Source: Cenarchaeum sp. (GTDB lineage: Archaea; Thermoproteota; Nitrososphaeria; Nitrososphaerales; Nitrosopumilaceae). From it: DNA of 64,000 bases. Shown one piece after another: positions 9,621 through 19,494 of the stretch. The stretch lies in the NCBI GenBank assembly GCA_965242695.1, contig CBDESU010000001.1, positions 2,016,001-2,080,000 on the forward strand, read 5' to 3'. The translations under genes and the position numbers were made by a program. The notes beneath the pieces are model-generated. The model searched no databases and was not told the origin of the DNA. It was given only the letters and a program-made list of their open reading frames with translations. Position 1 is the first letter of the stretch, and each line of letters opens with the position of its first letter.

Positions 9621-10829
9621 ATGCGGGACGAGTACGATGTGGTGATCGCCGGCGGGAGCATAGCCGGGCTGCTGTGCGCCCGCGAGGCTGCCGCCGCCGG
9701 CCTGTCCGTCCTGGTCGCCGAAAAATCCCACGAGGTTGGCACGCCCGAGCACTGCGGCGGCCTTGTCAGCGCGTCTGCGCTGCGCGAGCTCGGCCTCGCC
9801 CCGGGGCCGGGCGAGTCGACGCGGCCGGTCGACGCGGCCGTCGTCTCGCACCCCCCGTCCGGCGGGTCGCTCGAGGTCCCGGCCCGGGGGCAGAACGTCG
9901 TCGTAGTGGACAGGCGGCGCCTTGACGGGCAGGCGGCCATGCAGGCGGCCAAGGCCGGCGCAGAGGTGGCCGCAGGCGCAGAGGCCAGGGTGAGGGGGGG
10001 CGGAACGGACGGCCCCCGCTCAGTCTCGGTGGCCGGCAGGCGAATCGAGTGCAGGGTCGCAGTCGATGCGACCGGCGCGCAGTCCATGATGGCGCTCCGC
10101 GGCGGGAAGAAGGACAGTGGCGGCATCGTGCCCTGCGCGCAGTACGTCGTGCATGCGGACTGGATCGAGGAGGGCAGGGTAGAGGTCGTCGTCGATGCAA
10201 AGAGGTACCCCGGCTTTTTCGCGTGGGTCATACCCATGGGCGGCGGCGTCGGCAAGGTCGGGGCGGCCGGGACGGGGATCAACCCCGGCGCGGCCGTCGA
10301 GGAGCTTGCCGCAGGGCGCGGGCGGCACTCGGTCGTGCGCAAGATATTCGCCCCCGTGTGGGTCGGCGGGCCGGCGGCGTCGTTTGTCGACTGCGGCGGC
10401 GGCCAGGATGGGAACGGCGGGCCGGCCGCAGTCCGCGTCGGCGACGCGGCCGGCCAGGCAAAGCCGACGACGGCCGGCGGCATATTCACGTGCGGGACGG
10501 GCGGCGCAATGGCCGGCAGGGCCATTGCCGCGCACCTGGGGGCCGGGCAGGGCGGCGGCCTGGCGTCCTACGAGGAGGCGTGGAGGAAGAGGTTCGGAAC
10601 AGAGTTTGCCAGGCAGCGCATCGCCCGCAGGCTGCTCGCGTCGCTCGACGACCGCGCGATCGGGAAGATGATCGGCGCCGTCAGGCCCGAGGCGATCGAG
10701 AGGGCATCGGGCGGCGACTTTGACTTTCACGCGCTCGCGATCGCCAGGCTGCTTGGCCTGCGCGGCGTGCTCGGGGTAGCGGGCGCGGCAATCGGCGCCA
10801 GGGTCGCGGCAGGGCGTGGCGCCGGGTAG
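9621..10829 (+). CDS. Geranylgeranyl reductase family FAD oxidoreductase
   Basis: YDVVIAGGSIAG, CGG, YPGFFAWVIP, VGDAAGQAKPTTAGGI. Confidence 0.88.
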   Translation: MRDEYDVVIAGGSIAGLLCAREAAAAGLSVLVAEKSHEVGTPEHCGGLVSASALRELGLAPGPGESTRPVDAAVVSHPPSGGSLEVPARGQNVVVVDRRRLDGQAAMQAAKAGAEVAAGAEARVRGGGTDGPRSVSVAGRRIECRVAVDATGAQSMMALRGGKKDSGGIVPCAQYVVHADWIEEGRVEVVVDAKRYPGFFAWVIPMGGGVGKVGAAGTGINPGAAVEELAAGRGRHSVVRKIFAPVWVGGPAASFVDCGGGQDGNGGPAAVRVGDAAGQAKPTTAGGIFTCGTGGAMAGRAIAAHLGAGQGGGLASYEEAWRKRFGTEFARQRIARRLLASLDDRAIGKMIGAVRPEAIERASGGDFDFHALAIARLLGLRGVLGVAGAAIGARVAAGRGAG

Positions 10830-10910
10830 CCGGCGGGTCGCACCCTCCGCCGGCGCAATTTTTCCGCCTCCCCGCCAAGGTATAAATCCGCTAGGCGGCG
10901 CGCCGCCCCA

Positions 10911-11090
10911 GTGTCGACCGAGATCAGCCTGCCCGTGTGCTGGTGCTGCAAGAGGCACATCATGCCCAACGACAAGTGCGTAAAGTTCTTCTGCCCGGAC
11001 TGCGGGCAGGAGCTCGTGTGGAGGTGCCAGAGCTGCCGCGAGGCGGCCAGGACGTACAAGTGCGACACGTGCGGATTCGAGGGGCCCTGA
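10911..11090 (+). CDS. Small Zn-ribbon protein (DUF1610/HVO_2753 family), 59 aa
   Basis: Manual translation [59 protein letters not shown]; canonical position before EF-1beta; TATAAA upstream. Confidence 0.92.
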   Translation: MSTEISLPVCWCCKRHIMPNDKCVKFFCPDCGQELVWRCQSCREAARTYKCDTCGFEGP

Positions 11091-11091
11091 C

Positions 11092-11373
11092 ATGGCGCAG
11101 CTCCTCATCGTCGCAAAGGTGCTGCCGACGGGCACAGACGTCGACCTAGACGCGCTCGCCGAGGCCATACGCGGCTCGCTCGAGGGCGGCATAGCGCTCA
11201 GGCGCCACGAAAAGGAGCCGCTCGCGTTCGGCCTGCACTTCCTAAAGGCCGAGTTTGTCATGGACGACAAGGAGGGGCAGATGGACTCGCTCGAGAGATC
11301 CGTCAGGTCCAACGAGGGCGTGAGCGAGTTCGAGGTCCTCAACATGAGCAGGATGTCCGTCGACATGAAGTGA
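11092..11373 (+). CDS. ef1b: Translation elongation factor EF-1beta
   Basis: KVLP...[11 protein letters not shown]...EGVSEFEV. Confidence 0.93.
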   Translation: MAQLLIVAKVLPTGTDVDLDALAEAIRGSLEGGIALRRHEKEPLAFGLHFLKAEFVMDDKEGQMDSLERSVRSNEGVSEFEVLNMSRMSVDMK

Positions 11374-11463
11374 CCGGGGGCGTCCGGACCTGGCTCTAGA
11401 GACTGGCATGGCCACCTGCGCCCGCCGCTGCCGCCGCCGCCGCGCAGCGGAGGTGATTCCGTA

Positions 11464-13716
11464 GTGGCCCGCGCCGGAAATGTCCGCCTCAGGGTCGTCG
11501 AGGCCATGCAGCGCGACATCGGCAAGAAGAGGGCCCGCATAGGCCCGAGGGCCATGGAGGGGCTCGGGGCTGCGCCAGGCGACACGGTCGAGATTGCATC
11601 CGCCTCCGGCAAGGGCAAGAGGGGCGGGGCCACGTGCGCCGTCGTGTGGCCGGCCGACGAGGACGAGAGCCGCGCCGACATCGTGCGCATCGACGGGCAG
11701 ACGCGCCGCAACGCCGGCGCCGGCGCCGGCGATGCCGTCGACGTAAGGAAGATACCCGTCGCAAAGGCCGATTCCGTGGAGCTAGGCCAGGCCCCCGGCG
11801 CGCCGCCCCTCGACGGCGAGCTCGTCGCGTTCGCCAGGAGGCGGCTAGCCGACGTGCCGCTGTACAGGGGCGACCGCATCGCCGTCGACGTGCTCGGCAA
11901 CGCCATAGACCTGTCGGTGGACGGAGTCGCGCCGCGCGGGGGGGCGGTGACGATCGTCGCCTCGACGACGGTGAGGGTCGCCTCGGGCCGGCAGGGGGAG
12001 GCCGCCGAGCCCGGCGCCGCGCCCGGCGCGGGGACCGCGACGTACGAGGAGGTCGGCGGCCTCGGGGCCGAGATGGCCGCCATGCGCGAGATCGTAGAGC
12101 TGCCCCTGCGCCACCCCGAGGTGTTTGCAAAGCTCGGCGTAGAGTCGCACGGCGGCATACTCCTGCACGGCCCGCCCGGCTGCGGCAAGACCCTGATAGC
12201 GAGGGTGCTCGCCGGCGAGTCGGGCGCGAGCATGTACTCGATCAGCGGGCCCGAGATCATGAACAAGTACTACGGGGAGAGCGAGGCGAGGCTGCGCGGC
12301 ATATTCAAGGAGGCGCGCGAGAACTCGCCGAGCATCATATTCATCGACGAGATCGACGCCGTCGCGCCGAGCAGGGAGAGGGTGCACGGCGACGTCGAGA
12401 AGAGGGTCGTCGCGCAGCTGCTCGCCCTCATGGACGGGCTGGCCGACAGGGGCAACGTCGTCGTCCTCGGCGCGACCAACCGGCCCGACAGCGTAGACCC
12501 CGCCCTGCGCAGGCCCGGCAGGTTCGACCGCGAGGTGGAGGTGTCCGTCCCCAACAAGGACGGCCGGCTCGAGGTGCTCCAGATACACACGCGCGGCATG
12601 CCCGTCGCCGACAGGGGCGGCCTCGAGCGGCTCGCCGGCGACCTGCACGGGTACACGGGGGCGGACATCAAGTCGCTGTGCCGCGAGGCCGCCCTCAAGG
12701 CCGTCCGCCGGCACCTGCCGGACGCCGGGCGCGGCGGCGGGCGCATCTCGGCCGATGCGCTAGAGTCAATAAGGGTCGAGATCGGCGACTTTTACGAGGC
12801 CATGCACCAGGTCGTCCCGACCGCGATGCGCGAGTTCTACGTCGAGCGCCCGCGCGTGAGGTGGTCCGACGTCGGCGGGCTGGCGGGCGAAAAGCGCGCC
12901 CTCCAGGACAACCTGATCGCCGCAATGCGCGACCCGTCGCGGTTCGCCGAGATGGGAGTATCCCCGCCGCGCGGCGCGCTCATCTACGGCCCGCCCGGCT
13001 GCGGCAAGTCGCTGCTCGCAAGGGCCCTTGCCGCCGAGAGCGGGGCCAACATGATCCTCGTGAGGGGGCCCGAGATACTCTCAAAGTGGGTCGGCGAGGC
13101 CGAGAGGGCCGTAAGGGACATCTTCCGCAAGGCGAGGGCATCGGCGCCGTGCGTCGTCGTCCTCGACGAGCTCGACTCGCTTGCGCAGGCGCGGGGCGGG
13201 GCTGGGGGCCCCTCGGGGCCCGGAGCGGGCGGAGGCGCGGGGCCGCCGGGGCAGGCCGTCGTCGGCCAGCTGCTCGCCGAGATCGAGGGCGGCCCGGCAT
13301 CCTCGAGGGTCGCCGTCGTCGGCATTACGAGCAGGCCCGACCTGCTCGACCCCGCCCTGCTGCGCACGGGCCGCCTCGACCTGCTGCTGTACGCGGGGCC
13401 GCCGGACGCCGAGGCCCGGCGCGAGATACTCGGCGTGCTGACTGCGCCCATGCCGCTCGGCGCAGGGGTCGATGCCGGGGCGATCGCAGGGCGCGCGTCC
13501 GGCTTTACCGGCGCCGACCTGGCCGCGCTGTGCAGGGAGGCCGCCGTGGCGGCCATGCGGGACGGCTCAAAGTCCGTCCGGCCGGCGGACTTTGACGCCG
13601 CGTTCGGGGTGGTGCGCCCGTCGGTCGGCGAGGAGGCGGCCAAGTGGTACGAGTCCGTCAGGGACGGGCTGGCAAGCGCACTGCCAAAGGCTTTAGATAG
13701 CCCGTTCTACGGGTGA
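11464..13716 (+). CDS. cdc48: Cdc48/VCP family AAA ATPase
   Basis: N-domain plus two AAA modules (GPPGCGKT, GPPGCGKS), DEID, ALRRPGRFDRE. Confidence 0.93.
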   Translation: MARAGNVRLRVVEAMQRDIGKKRARIGPRAMEGLGAAPGDTVEIASASGKGKRGGATCAVVWPADEDESRADIVRIDGQTRRNAGAGAGDAVDVRKIPVAKADSVELGQAPGAPPLDGELVAFARRRLADVPLYRGDRIAVDVLGNAIDLSVDGVAPRGGAVTIVASTTVRVASGRQGEAAEPGAAPGAGTATYEEVGGLGAEMAAMREIVELPLRHPEVFAKLGVESHGGILLHGPPGCGKTLIARVLAGESGASMYSISGPEIMNKYYGESEARLRGIFKEARENSPSIIFIDEIDAVAPSRERVHGDVEKRVVAQLLALMDGLADRGNVVVLGATNRPDSVDPALRRPGRFDREVEVSVPNKDGRLEVLQIHTRGMPVADRGGLERLAGDLHGYTGADIKSLCREAALKAVRRHLPDAGRGGGRISADALESIRVEIGDFYEAMHQVVPTAMREFYVERPRVRWSDVGGLAGEKRALQDNLIAAMRDPSRFAEMGVSPPRGALIYGPPGCGKSLLARALAAESGANMILVRGPEILSKWVGEAERAVRDIFRKARASAPCVVVLDELDSLAQARGGAGGPSGPGAGGGAGPPGQAVVGQLLAEIEGGPASSRVAVVGITSRPDLLDPALLRTGRLDLLLYAGPPDAEARREILGVLTAPMPLGAGVDAGAIAGRASGFTGADLAALCREAAVAAMRDGSKSVRPADFDAAFGVVRPSVGEEAAKWYESVRDGLASALPKALDSPFYG

Positions 13717-14027
13717 CGGCCGAGATGGCAGTGCCGCTGCGAAGCGCGATGTACGAGAGGGTGAGCGGCGGCACGGGCGGCTCGATGACCGACGCCGAGC
13801 TCGCAAAGGCGCTCGCCAAGGACGGGCGGATCGTCGCGCCCGACAGGTTCAACAAGACGCTGCTGGACATGGAGATTCTCGGCCTGGTCAGGGTCTCTTG
13901 GCTCTCAAAGGACACGCGCCGCATCGAGGTCGTCCCCGACGAGTCCGGCGGCGGCGAGGACGAGGTCGACGCGCAGAACCGCGAGGCGGCCGAGCGCGAC
14001 TACGAGGCAAGCTTTCCCGGGGCGTAG
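13713..14027 (+). CDS. Conserved hypothetical protein (wHTH-like)
   Basis: Overlaps the cdc48 stop (GTGA); FNKTLLDMEILGLVRVSW...YEASFPG. Confidence 0.75.
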   Translation: MTAEMAVPLRSAMYERVSGGTGGSMTDAELAKALAKDGRIVAPDRFNKTLLDMEILGLVRVSWLSKDTRRIEVVPDESGGGEDEVDAQNREAAERDYEASFPGA

Positions 14028-14103
14028 CGGGAGGAGGGGCGCGGCGCCCGCAGGCGATGGCCGGTCGCGCTAGCCTCGTGCAGGGCGCTTAGGCCTGCCC
14101 GGC

Positions 14104-14708
14104 AGGGACTGCGAACGGGCAGAACCGAGGGGCGGCGGCATTGCGCAACTGAGCGCTACCGCTGCCCCGCTATCATCCACATGGTCAACTCTCAATGCCG
14201 AGCCCGCAGTTGTCACCCCTCTCCATTCCTAGCCCACGCGCCCCGTGGCGTCAAATCAGGCCCGCAAACGACGGGTCTGCGACAGTGCCTTTGGCATGCC
14301 CAAGTCGCTGCAACGCCTTGCATCCCGATGCGCCGCGAACTGCTCGAGTGCCACGACACTGGCGGGCGTACGGGTCGGCCGGCCCGCATGGCAGTAGGAC
14401 GACCTGACCACAACGCGGGGCAACGTACGCCACGCTCGCTGCCGTCCGCAGGCCCTGGCGCATCCTAGCAACCGTTGCCGGGCCCGCCCAAGCCCTTCCC
14501 GCTAGTGTCCAGTGATTCGGCGCAGCGCAACGCCGCTAGCCTTGGTTGCCGGGCCCGCCCAAGCCATTCCCGCTAGTGCCTAGCAGTGGTATTTAAGCAA
14601 AGTAACCTTATATACAGCGCAACGGCATGCCCCCTAGGGACTGCGAACGGGCAGAACCGAGGGGCGGCGGCATCGCGCAACTGAGCGCTACCGTTGCCCC
14701 GCTATCAT
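14104..14708. repeat. 73-bp direct repeats (14104-14176, 14636-14708) enclosing a pair of 34-bp repeats (14474-14507, 14545-14578)
   Basis: Direct comparison: 2 mismatches in the 73-mers, 1 in the 34-mers. Confidence 0.9.
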
Positions 14709-14944
14709 GCAACTAGGCAGCATTGGTGCCGAACCCGCTCCCGCCCGCCCCCACACTCCGCCAATGGCGGGGGCGGTACGGCAGTCCAGCACAAGCCTCT
14801 AGCACGGCCCCGCATGATCAGAAAAGGCGGCAGGAAGCTAGGCAGGCGGGCGCTGAACCTCATGCGGGCGCGCACGCGGCGCCCCAAAGCACAGGCGCGG
14901 GCGCCGCCGCCTAGCTTATTATTACCTGCGGCAGGCGCCGCCGC

Positions 14945-15274
14945 GTGAATATAGAGTACGAGGAGTTTGCCAGCATCGAGGACGTCTTCCTCTACATGTC
15001 TGCCGCCTCGCCGCCGATGAAGAACACGATGCCCGTCAACTCGTACAAGGGCCATGTAATGTCGTTCATACCGATCGGCCAGGGCAAGTCCGACACGTAC
15101 CTCATGATATACGCAAAGGGCGAGCTCGAGCCCGGCATCTACGAGTTTGACGTGCAGTCCATGTCGTACAAGAAGGTCGAGTCGGTCGAGAGGGCAGACA
15201 AGAACTACTTCATCATTCTCACGCCGAGGCGCAACACCATAGCCGACGCCGCCCTGGCCCAGATGGACGGCTGA
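14945..15274 (+). CDS. Conserved hypothetical protein
   Basis: Typical codon usage; TTATTA box about 25 nt upstream. Confidence 0.8.
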   Translation: MNIEYEEFASIEDVFLYMSAASPPMKNTMPVNSYKGHVMSFIPIGQGKSDTYLMIYAKGELEPGIYEFDVQSMSYKKVESVERADKNYFIILTPRRNTIADAALAQMDG

Positions 15275-15486
15275 CCGGCGCCGCCCCCCTGCCGCCGCCA
15301 GGATGCCCCGCTTTCGGCCGAATGCCCGCCATCCCCAAGTCCCAGGCCCCGCCCCGGCAGGCGCCCGTCCCCCCGCCCTTGCAGCCCACGCGGGCCTTGG
15401 GGGCCGGCGTCGTCCCAGGCCCCGCCCCGGCAGGCGCCTGTCATCCCCCAGGCGCCCGGCGCCGTGCGCGCCGGGGCCGGCTGCCA

Positions 15487-17064
15487 CTAGAGCTTTTTCG
15501 TCTCGATCCTCGGCGCCGAGACCGACCTGGCCCGGGCGTACTTGTCGACGATCTCGTCGGGCGTGCGCCCGTTGAACAGGTCCTTGCACAGGCCGCGCAG
15601 GTACCTCATTATCGCCCACGTGCCGGCCTTTATGATCCCGTACATGAACATCTTCATCGGCGGCCCGTACGTCTTGTTGCGCAGGATGATCGGTATGATG
15701 TCGTTGATGACGCGCAGGTTGTTCTCCCAGCAGCGCCAAAAGAGCGTAAACTGCGCCTCGTTGAGGTTGCCAAAGTGCATAGAGTTGCGCTCCCCAAAGT
15801 CCTGGTAGAGCAGCGGCGCGACGAGCCCCCTAAAGTCCATGGCCCTAAAGTCGGACATCATGCGGATGGTGTCCTGGACGTCGTCGGGCGTCTCGTCGGG
15901 CCAGCCAATGATGATCGTCGCGGCCGGAAACCAGTGGTTCTCGTTGAGTATCTCGGCGCCGCGCCGCACGACGCTGCCCCACTCCTCGGCGGCGAACGGG
16001 CGCGTCTTGACGCCGAGGTGCTTCTTGACCATAGACGGCGAGACGGTCTCGATCCCGAGGTTGGTCGCAAGCCACCTGTTCGTCTCGTCCTGGCGGTTTA
16101 TCGTCGATATGCGGCGCATGAGCTCGGGGTCGGCCGCGACGGCCGAGAACGTCATGTGCGTCGTGCCGACAAAGTTGGCGCCGAGCCCCTTCAGGCCCGT
16201 CCACAGGTCGGTTATCGCATCGCGGTTGGGCACAAAGTCGCGGTTGTCGCACCCGTACAGGAGCATCTCGTCCGAGTGGAGCCATATCGAGTCGAACCCG
16301 TAGTCGAGGTTTATCCGAGCCTCGCGCTGCAGCCTGTCGAGGGGGAGGTCCTTCTTCGAGCGCTTGTTGACGTCGCAAAAGTCGCAGCCGCGGCCGCACC
16401 CGCGCATCGCCTCGATCAGCGAGTTTACGGTCGGGCCGCTGATCACGGGGATGTTCTGTATGTTCTTCACGAAGCAGTGCATGAGCTCGGGCGCATCGCC
16501 CCTCTCCAGGTCGTTGAACAGGTCTAGCGCGAGCTCGTCGGCCTCGCCGACGACGACCGTGTCGATGCCGTGCACGCGCATGCGGTCCGGCTTTGCAAGC
16601 TCCCACGCCCCGTTGCCGCCGACGACGACGTGGAAGTCGTACCTCTTCTTGAGCTGGATGATCTTGGCGCACATGCGCTTGAACTTCATGGCCACGTACG
16701 AGAGCTTTTCGGGCGACATCGTCGTCGTGACCGGTGCCATGCCGAGGGGATCCATCACGTTGATGCCGACGACCTTTGTGCCCTGCCCGACCGACTTTTC
16801 AAGGTGGTCGGGGTTTGCAATGAACACCTCGTCGCGCCGGTACCCCTGGAGCAGGGCCCCCTCGACGCGGCGCAGCCCGACCTGGGCGACCTTTGCCTCG
16901 CCCGTGGCTGGGTCGGTCTCGACGGCCGGGCAGAAGACCCTGTCGAAGACCCACTCGGGCAGCACCTCGTACGGGCCGCATGCGATGAACCCGTACAAAA
17001 AGTTGCCCCTGTAGTTGGTCATGAGGCTCCGGTCGGCCGTCAGGACGATCCTCTTGCCGGGCAA
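15487..17064 (-). CDS. B12-binding-domain radical SAM protein
   Basis: RGCGRGCDFC CxxxCxxC motif; VVGGNGAW, VVVGEAD. Confidence 0.9.
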   Translation of the reverse strand: MPGKRIVLTADRSLMTNYRGNFLYGFIACGPYEVLPEWVFDRVFCPAVETDPATGEAKVAQVGLRRVEGALLQGYRRDEVFIANPDHLEKSVGQGTKVVGINVMDPLGMAPVTTTMSPEKLSYVAMKFKRMCAKIIQLKKRYDFHVVVGGNGAWELAKPDRMRVHGIDTVVVGEADELALDLFNDLERGDAPELMHCFVKNIQNIPVISGPTVNSLIEAMRGCGRGCDFCDVNKRSKKDLPLDRLQREARINLDYGFDSIWLHSDEMLLYGCDNRDFVPNRDAITDLWTGLKGLGANFVGTTHMTFSAVAADPELMRRISTINRQDETNRWLATNLGIETVSPSMVKKHLGVKTRPFAAEEWGSVVRRGAEILNENHWFPAATIIIGWPDETPDDVQDTIRMMSDFRAMDFRGLVAPLLYQDFGERNSMHFGNLNEAQFTLFWRCWENNLRVINDIIPIILRNKTYGPPMKMFMYGIIKAGTWAIMRYLRGLCKDLFNGRTPDEIVDKYARARSVSAPRIETKKL

Positions 17065-17256
17065 CGCCGGGCCGTGCTATTGTAACTATAAATCGCTTGC
17101 TAGGCGGCGCCGGGCGCGGCCGCGGGGCGCTCCGGCGCGGGCGGGGAGGGGGTGCGCCAGAGGCGAGGGGGCGGAGGGGTGCGACCAGGCCTTGCGGCAC
17201 GGCACGGGATGCAGGCGAGGCAACATTCCTTGGGCCGACAAGGCCCCGGGGTGCTG

Positions 17257-18345
17257 TCAGGCCGCGCGGCACAGCACGAGCGCGTACGCGCCGTCCGCTC
17301 CGGTCCACGCGCCCTCGACGGGCAGGCCGGCGGCGCCGAACATGGCCCGGATCTGCGGCAGCGTGTACTTGTGCGAGTTCTCGGTGTGGATCATCTCGCC
17401 GTCCTCGAGCACGCCGGCCAGCCCCGCCCTGCCGACCTCGAAGCGCTGCCGCTCAAGCGAGCGTATGTGCATCTCGACGCGCTGCTCGGCGGCGTTGTAG
17501 CGCGCCGAGTGCCTGAACCGCGACAGGTCAAAGTCGCCGGCCAGCTCCGAGTTTATCCTGCGGAGCATGTTGAGGTTGAACTCGGCCGTTATGCCCTGCG
17601 AGTCGTCGTAGGCCGCCTCCAGGGCCCCGCGGTCCTTGACAAGGTCCAGGCCCGCAAGGAACGTGTCGCCGGCGCGCATCGAGGCGCGCAGCAGCGCAAG
17701 AAAGTCGGCGCCGTCGGCCGCGTCAAAGTTGCCAAAGCTCGAGCCCAGGAACGCGACCAGGTTCGCCCCCCCGCCGCCGCTGCCGCCGAGCCGCTTCACG
17801 AACTCTAGGCCGCCGCCGTACGCGTCGACGACCCCCGTTATGGTCAGCCCGTCGTACTCGCCGACCAGCGCGCCGCAGCTGTCCGGCATCATGCCAGAGA
17901 CGTCTATCGGGACGTACTCTGTGCGGTCCTGCACGGCGGCGAGCGCGTCGAGCAGTAGGCGCGTCTTGCGCGACGAGCCGCTGCCCAGCTCGACGAGCCT
18001 GACGCGCCGCCCCGGCGCGCCGGCCGCGGCGCGCACGATCTCGCCCCCCGCATCGGCGAGTATCGCGGTCTCGGCCCGGGTCAGATAGTACTCGGGCGCA
18101 TCGCAGATGCGCTCGAACAGGGCCGATCCGCGGTCGTCGTAAAAGAACCGCGGGCTGAGGGCCTTGTGCGGCGGGGGGCGGCCGAGGCCGTCGGCGACGG
18201 CCTGCGCAAACGTCGCCTCGGCCTGCGAGCGGAGCGGGCGGTAGTACGCCTGGCGCGGGCCGCGGCGGCTGCACTCGTACCCGAGCACCTGCCCCGCTGC
18301 GGCCCTGGTCACGGCGCGCGCCGCCGGGCGTGCGCATAAAAGCAT
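17257..18345 (-). CDS. egtD: L-histidine N-alpha-methyltransferase EgtD; start uncertain
   Basis: FFYDDRGSALFERIC-APEYYLTRAE, VELGSGSSRKT, FLGSSFGNF, AAYDDSQGITAEFNLN, IHTENSHKY. Confidence 0.92.
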   Translation of the reverse strand: MLLCARPAARAVTRAAAGQVLGYECSRRGPRQAYYRPLRSQAEATFAQAVADGLGRPPPHKALSPRFFYDDRGSALFERICDAPEYYLTRAETAILADAGGEIVRAAAGAPGRRVRLVELGSGSSRKTRLLLDALAAVQDRTEYVPIDVSGMMPDSCGALVGEYDGLTITGVVDAYGGGLEFVKRLGGSGGGGANLVAFLGSSFGNFDAADGADFLALLRASMRAGDTFLAGLDLVKDRGALEAAYDDSQGITAEFNLNMLRRINSELAGDFDLSRFRHSARYNAAEQRVEMHIRSLERQRFEVGRAGLAGVLEDGEMIHTENSHKYTLPQIRAMFGAAGLPVEGAWTGADGAYALVLCRAA

Positions 18346-18482
18346 TGGCGGGCGGCCGTCCTTTCCGGCGCGGCGGCGGGAGGGGCTCGGCGAGACGTCC
18401 CGCAGGCGGGCGGCCCGGAGCGCGCCCCGCGGCGCGGCATGCCGCCGGCAACGGCTTTATTGGCGGGGCTGAGGCATGCCGC

Positions 18483-18824
18483 ATGGCAGACGAGGATGCG
18501 GGCGGCGGCGGCATCGAGGGGCGCGACGAGGTGATCGGCAGCCTGTTCGACCCCGACGTGTCGGGGCTGATCGCCGAGCTCGAGGGCGGCCCCCTCCCGC
18601 TGTCCGACCTTGCATCCAGGTCCGGCATCGCGCCCGGCGAGGTCGACTCGCGCCTCTCGCGCCTCGTCGAGCTCGGCTACGTCTCGCGGCGGGCCGATCC
18701 GGCGGCCGGCGGCGGCGCCGTGTACGAGGCCGACGCCTCGAAGCTCGCCGCCGTCATGGAGAGCGACGAAAACTACCAGTCCGCCGTCGACGGCATGGCA
18801 AAGCTCGACAGCTTCCTCAACTGA
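18483..18824 (+). CDS. ArsR-like winged-helix protein
   Basis: LSDLASRSGIAPGEVDSRLSRLVELGYVSR HTH-wing pattern. Confidence 0.75.
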   Translation: MADEDAGGGGIEGRDEVIGSLFDPDVSGLIAELEGGPLPLSDLASRSGIAPGEVDSRLSRLVELGYVSRRADPAAGGGAVYEADASKLAAVMESDENYQSAVDGMAKLDSFLN

Positions 18825-18860
18825 CCGGCCCGCCGCCGGCGATCGCCGCCGCGCCTGCCG

Positions 18861-19385
18861 CTACCGCCGGCGCCGCCTGGCCCGTGCCCGCACCGCGATG
18901 ACCCCCACAACCCCCATGCCGACGAGCCCGGCGACCGTCAGGTAGAGGCCCGTGATCCCGACGGCGATCTTTTCCGTCCCCGGCAGGGCGCCGATGACGG
19001 CGACCGCCTCGGTGCTCCCCGAGCCCGACCCGTCGACCCGCAGGGTGTACGCGCCGGCCTCTTCCACGTCAAAGTATCCCTCGTGCGAGCCGCCCTCGAT
19101 GCGCCCGCCGGCGAGCTCCGAGCCCGAGGGCCCGACTACGCTGGCCCGCACGCCGGCGCCGGCATCGGGGTCCATCACCTGCACGACGAACACGCCGCCC
19201 GGCCCGCCCTCGCCGTCCGGCTCCAGGTGGGCCGAGACTGACACCGAGCCGCCGCCCGGCCCGCCGACCAGGCCCACCTGCTGCTCGAGGTCGCCCGTTA
19301 TGATCGACGAGCCGTAGAACGACAGGGCCAGGCCGGCGGCGACCAGGCCGCCGACTATGGCGAGCATCGCGGCCGCCGAGAGCAT
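18861..19385 (-). CDS. Hypothetical membrane protein
   Basis: N- and C-terminal TM helices around a beta-rich domain; basic tail. Confidence 0.7.
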   Translation of the reverse strand: MLSAAAMLAIVGGLVAAGLALSFYGSSIITGDLEQQVGLVGGPGGGSVSVSAHLEPDGEGGPGGVFVVQVMDPDAGAGVRASVVGPSGSELAGGRIEGGSHEGYFDVEEAGAYTLRVDGSGSGSTEAVAVIGALPGTEKIAVGITGLYLTVAGLVGMGVVGVIAVRARARRRRR

Positions 19386-19494
19386 GGCGGCGCGTGCGCC
19401 GGCCCCCCTAAAAGCGTGCCGCCCAAAAAGTTAGCCCTGCACAACAAATTTAGCCCATGCTAACTTTAAAACCGCCCCGCGGCCGGCGCCGGCC

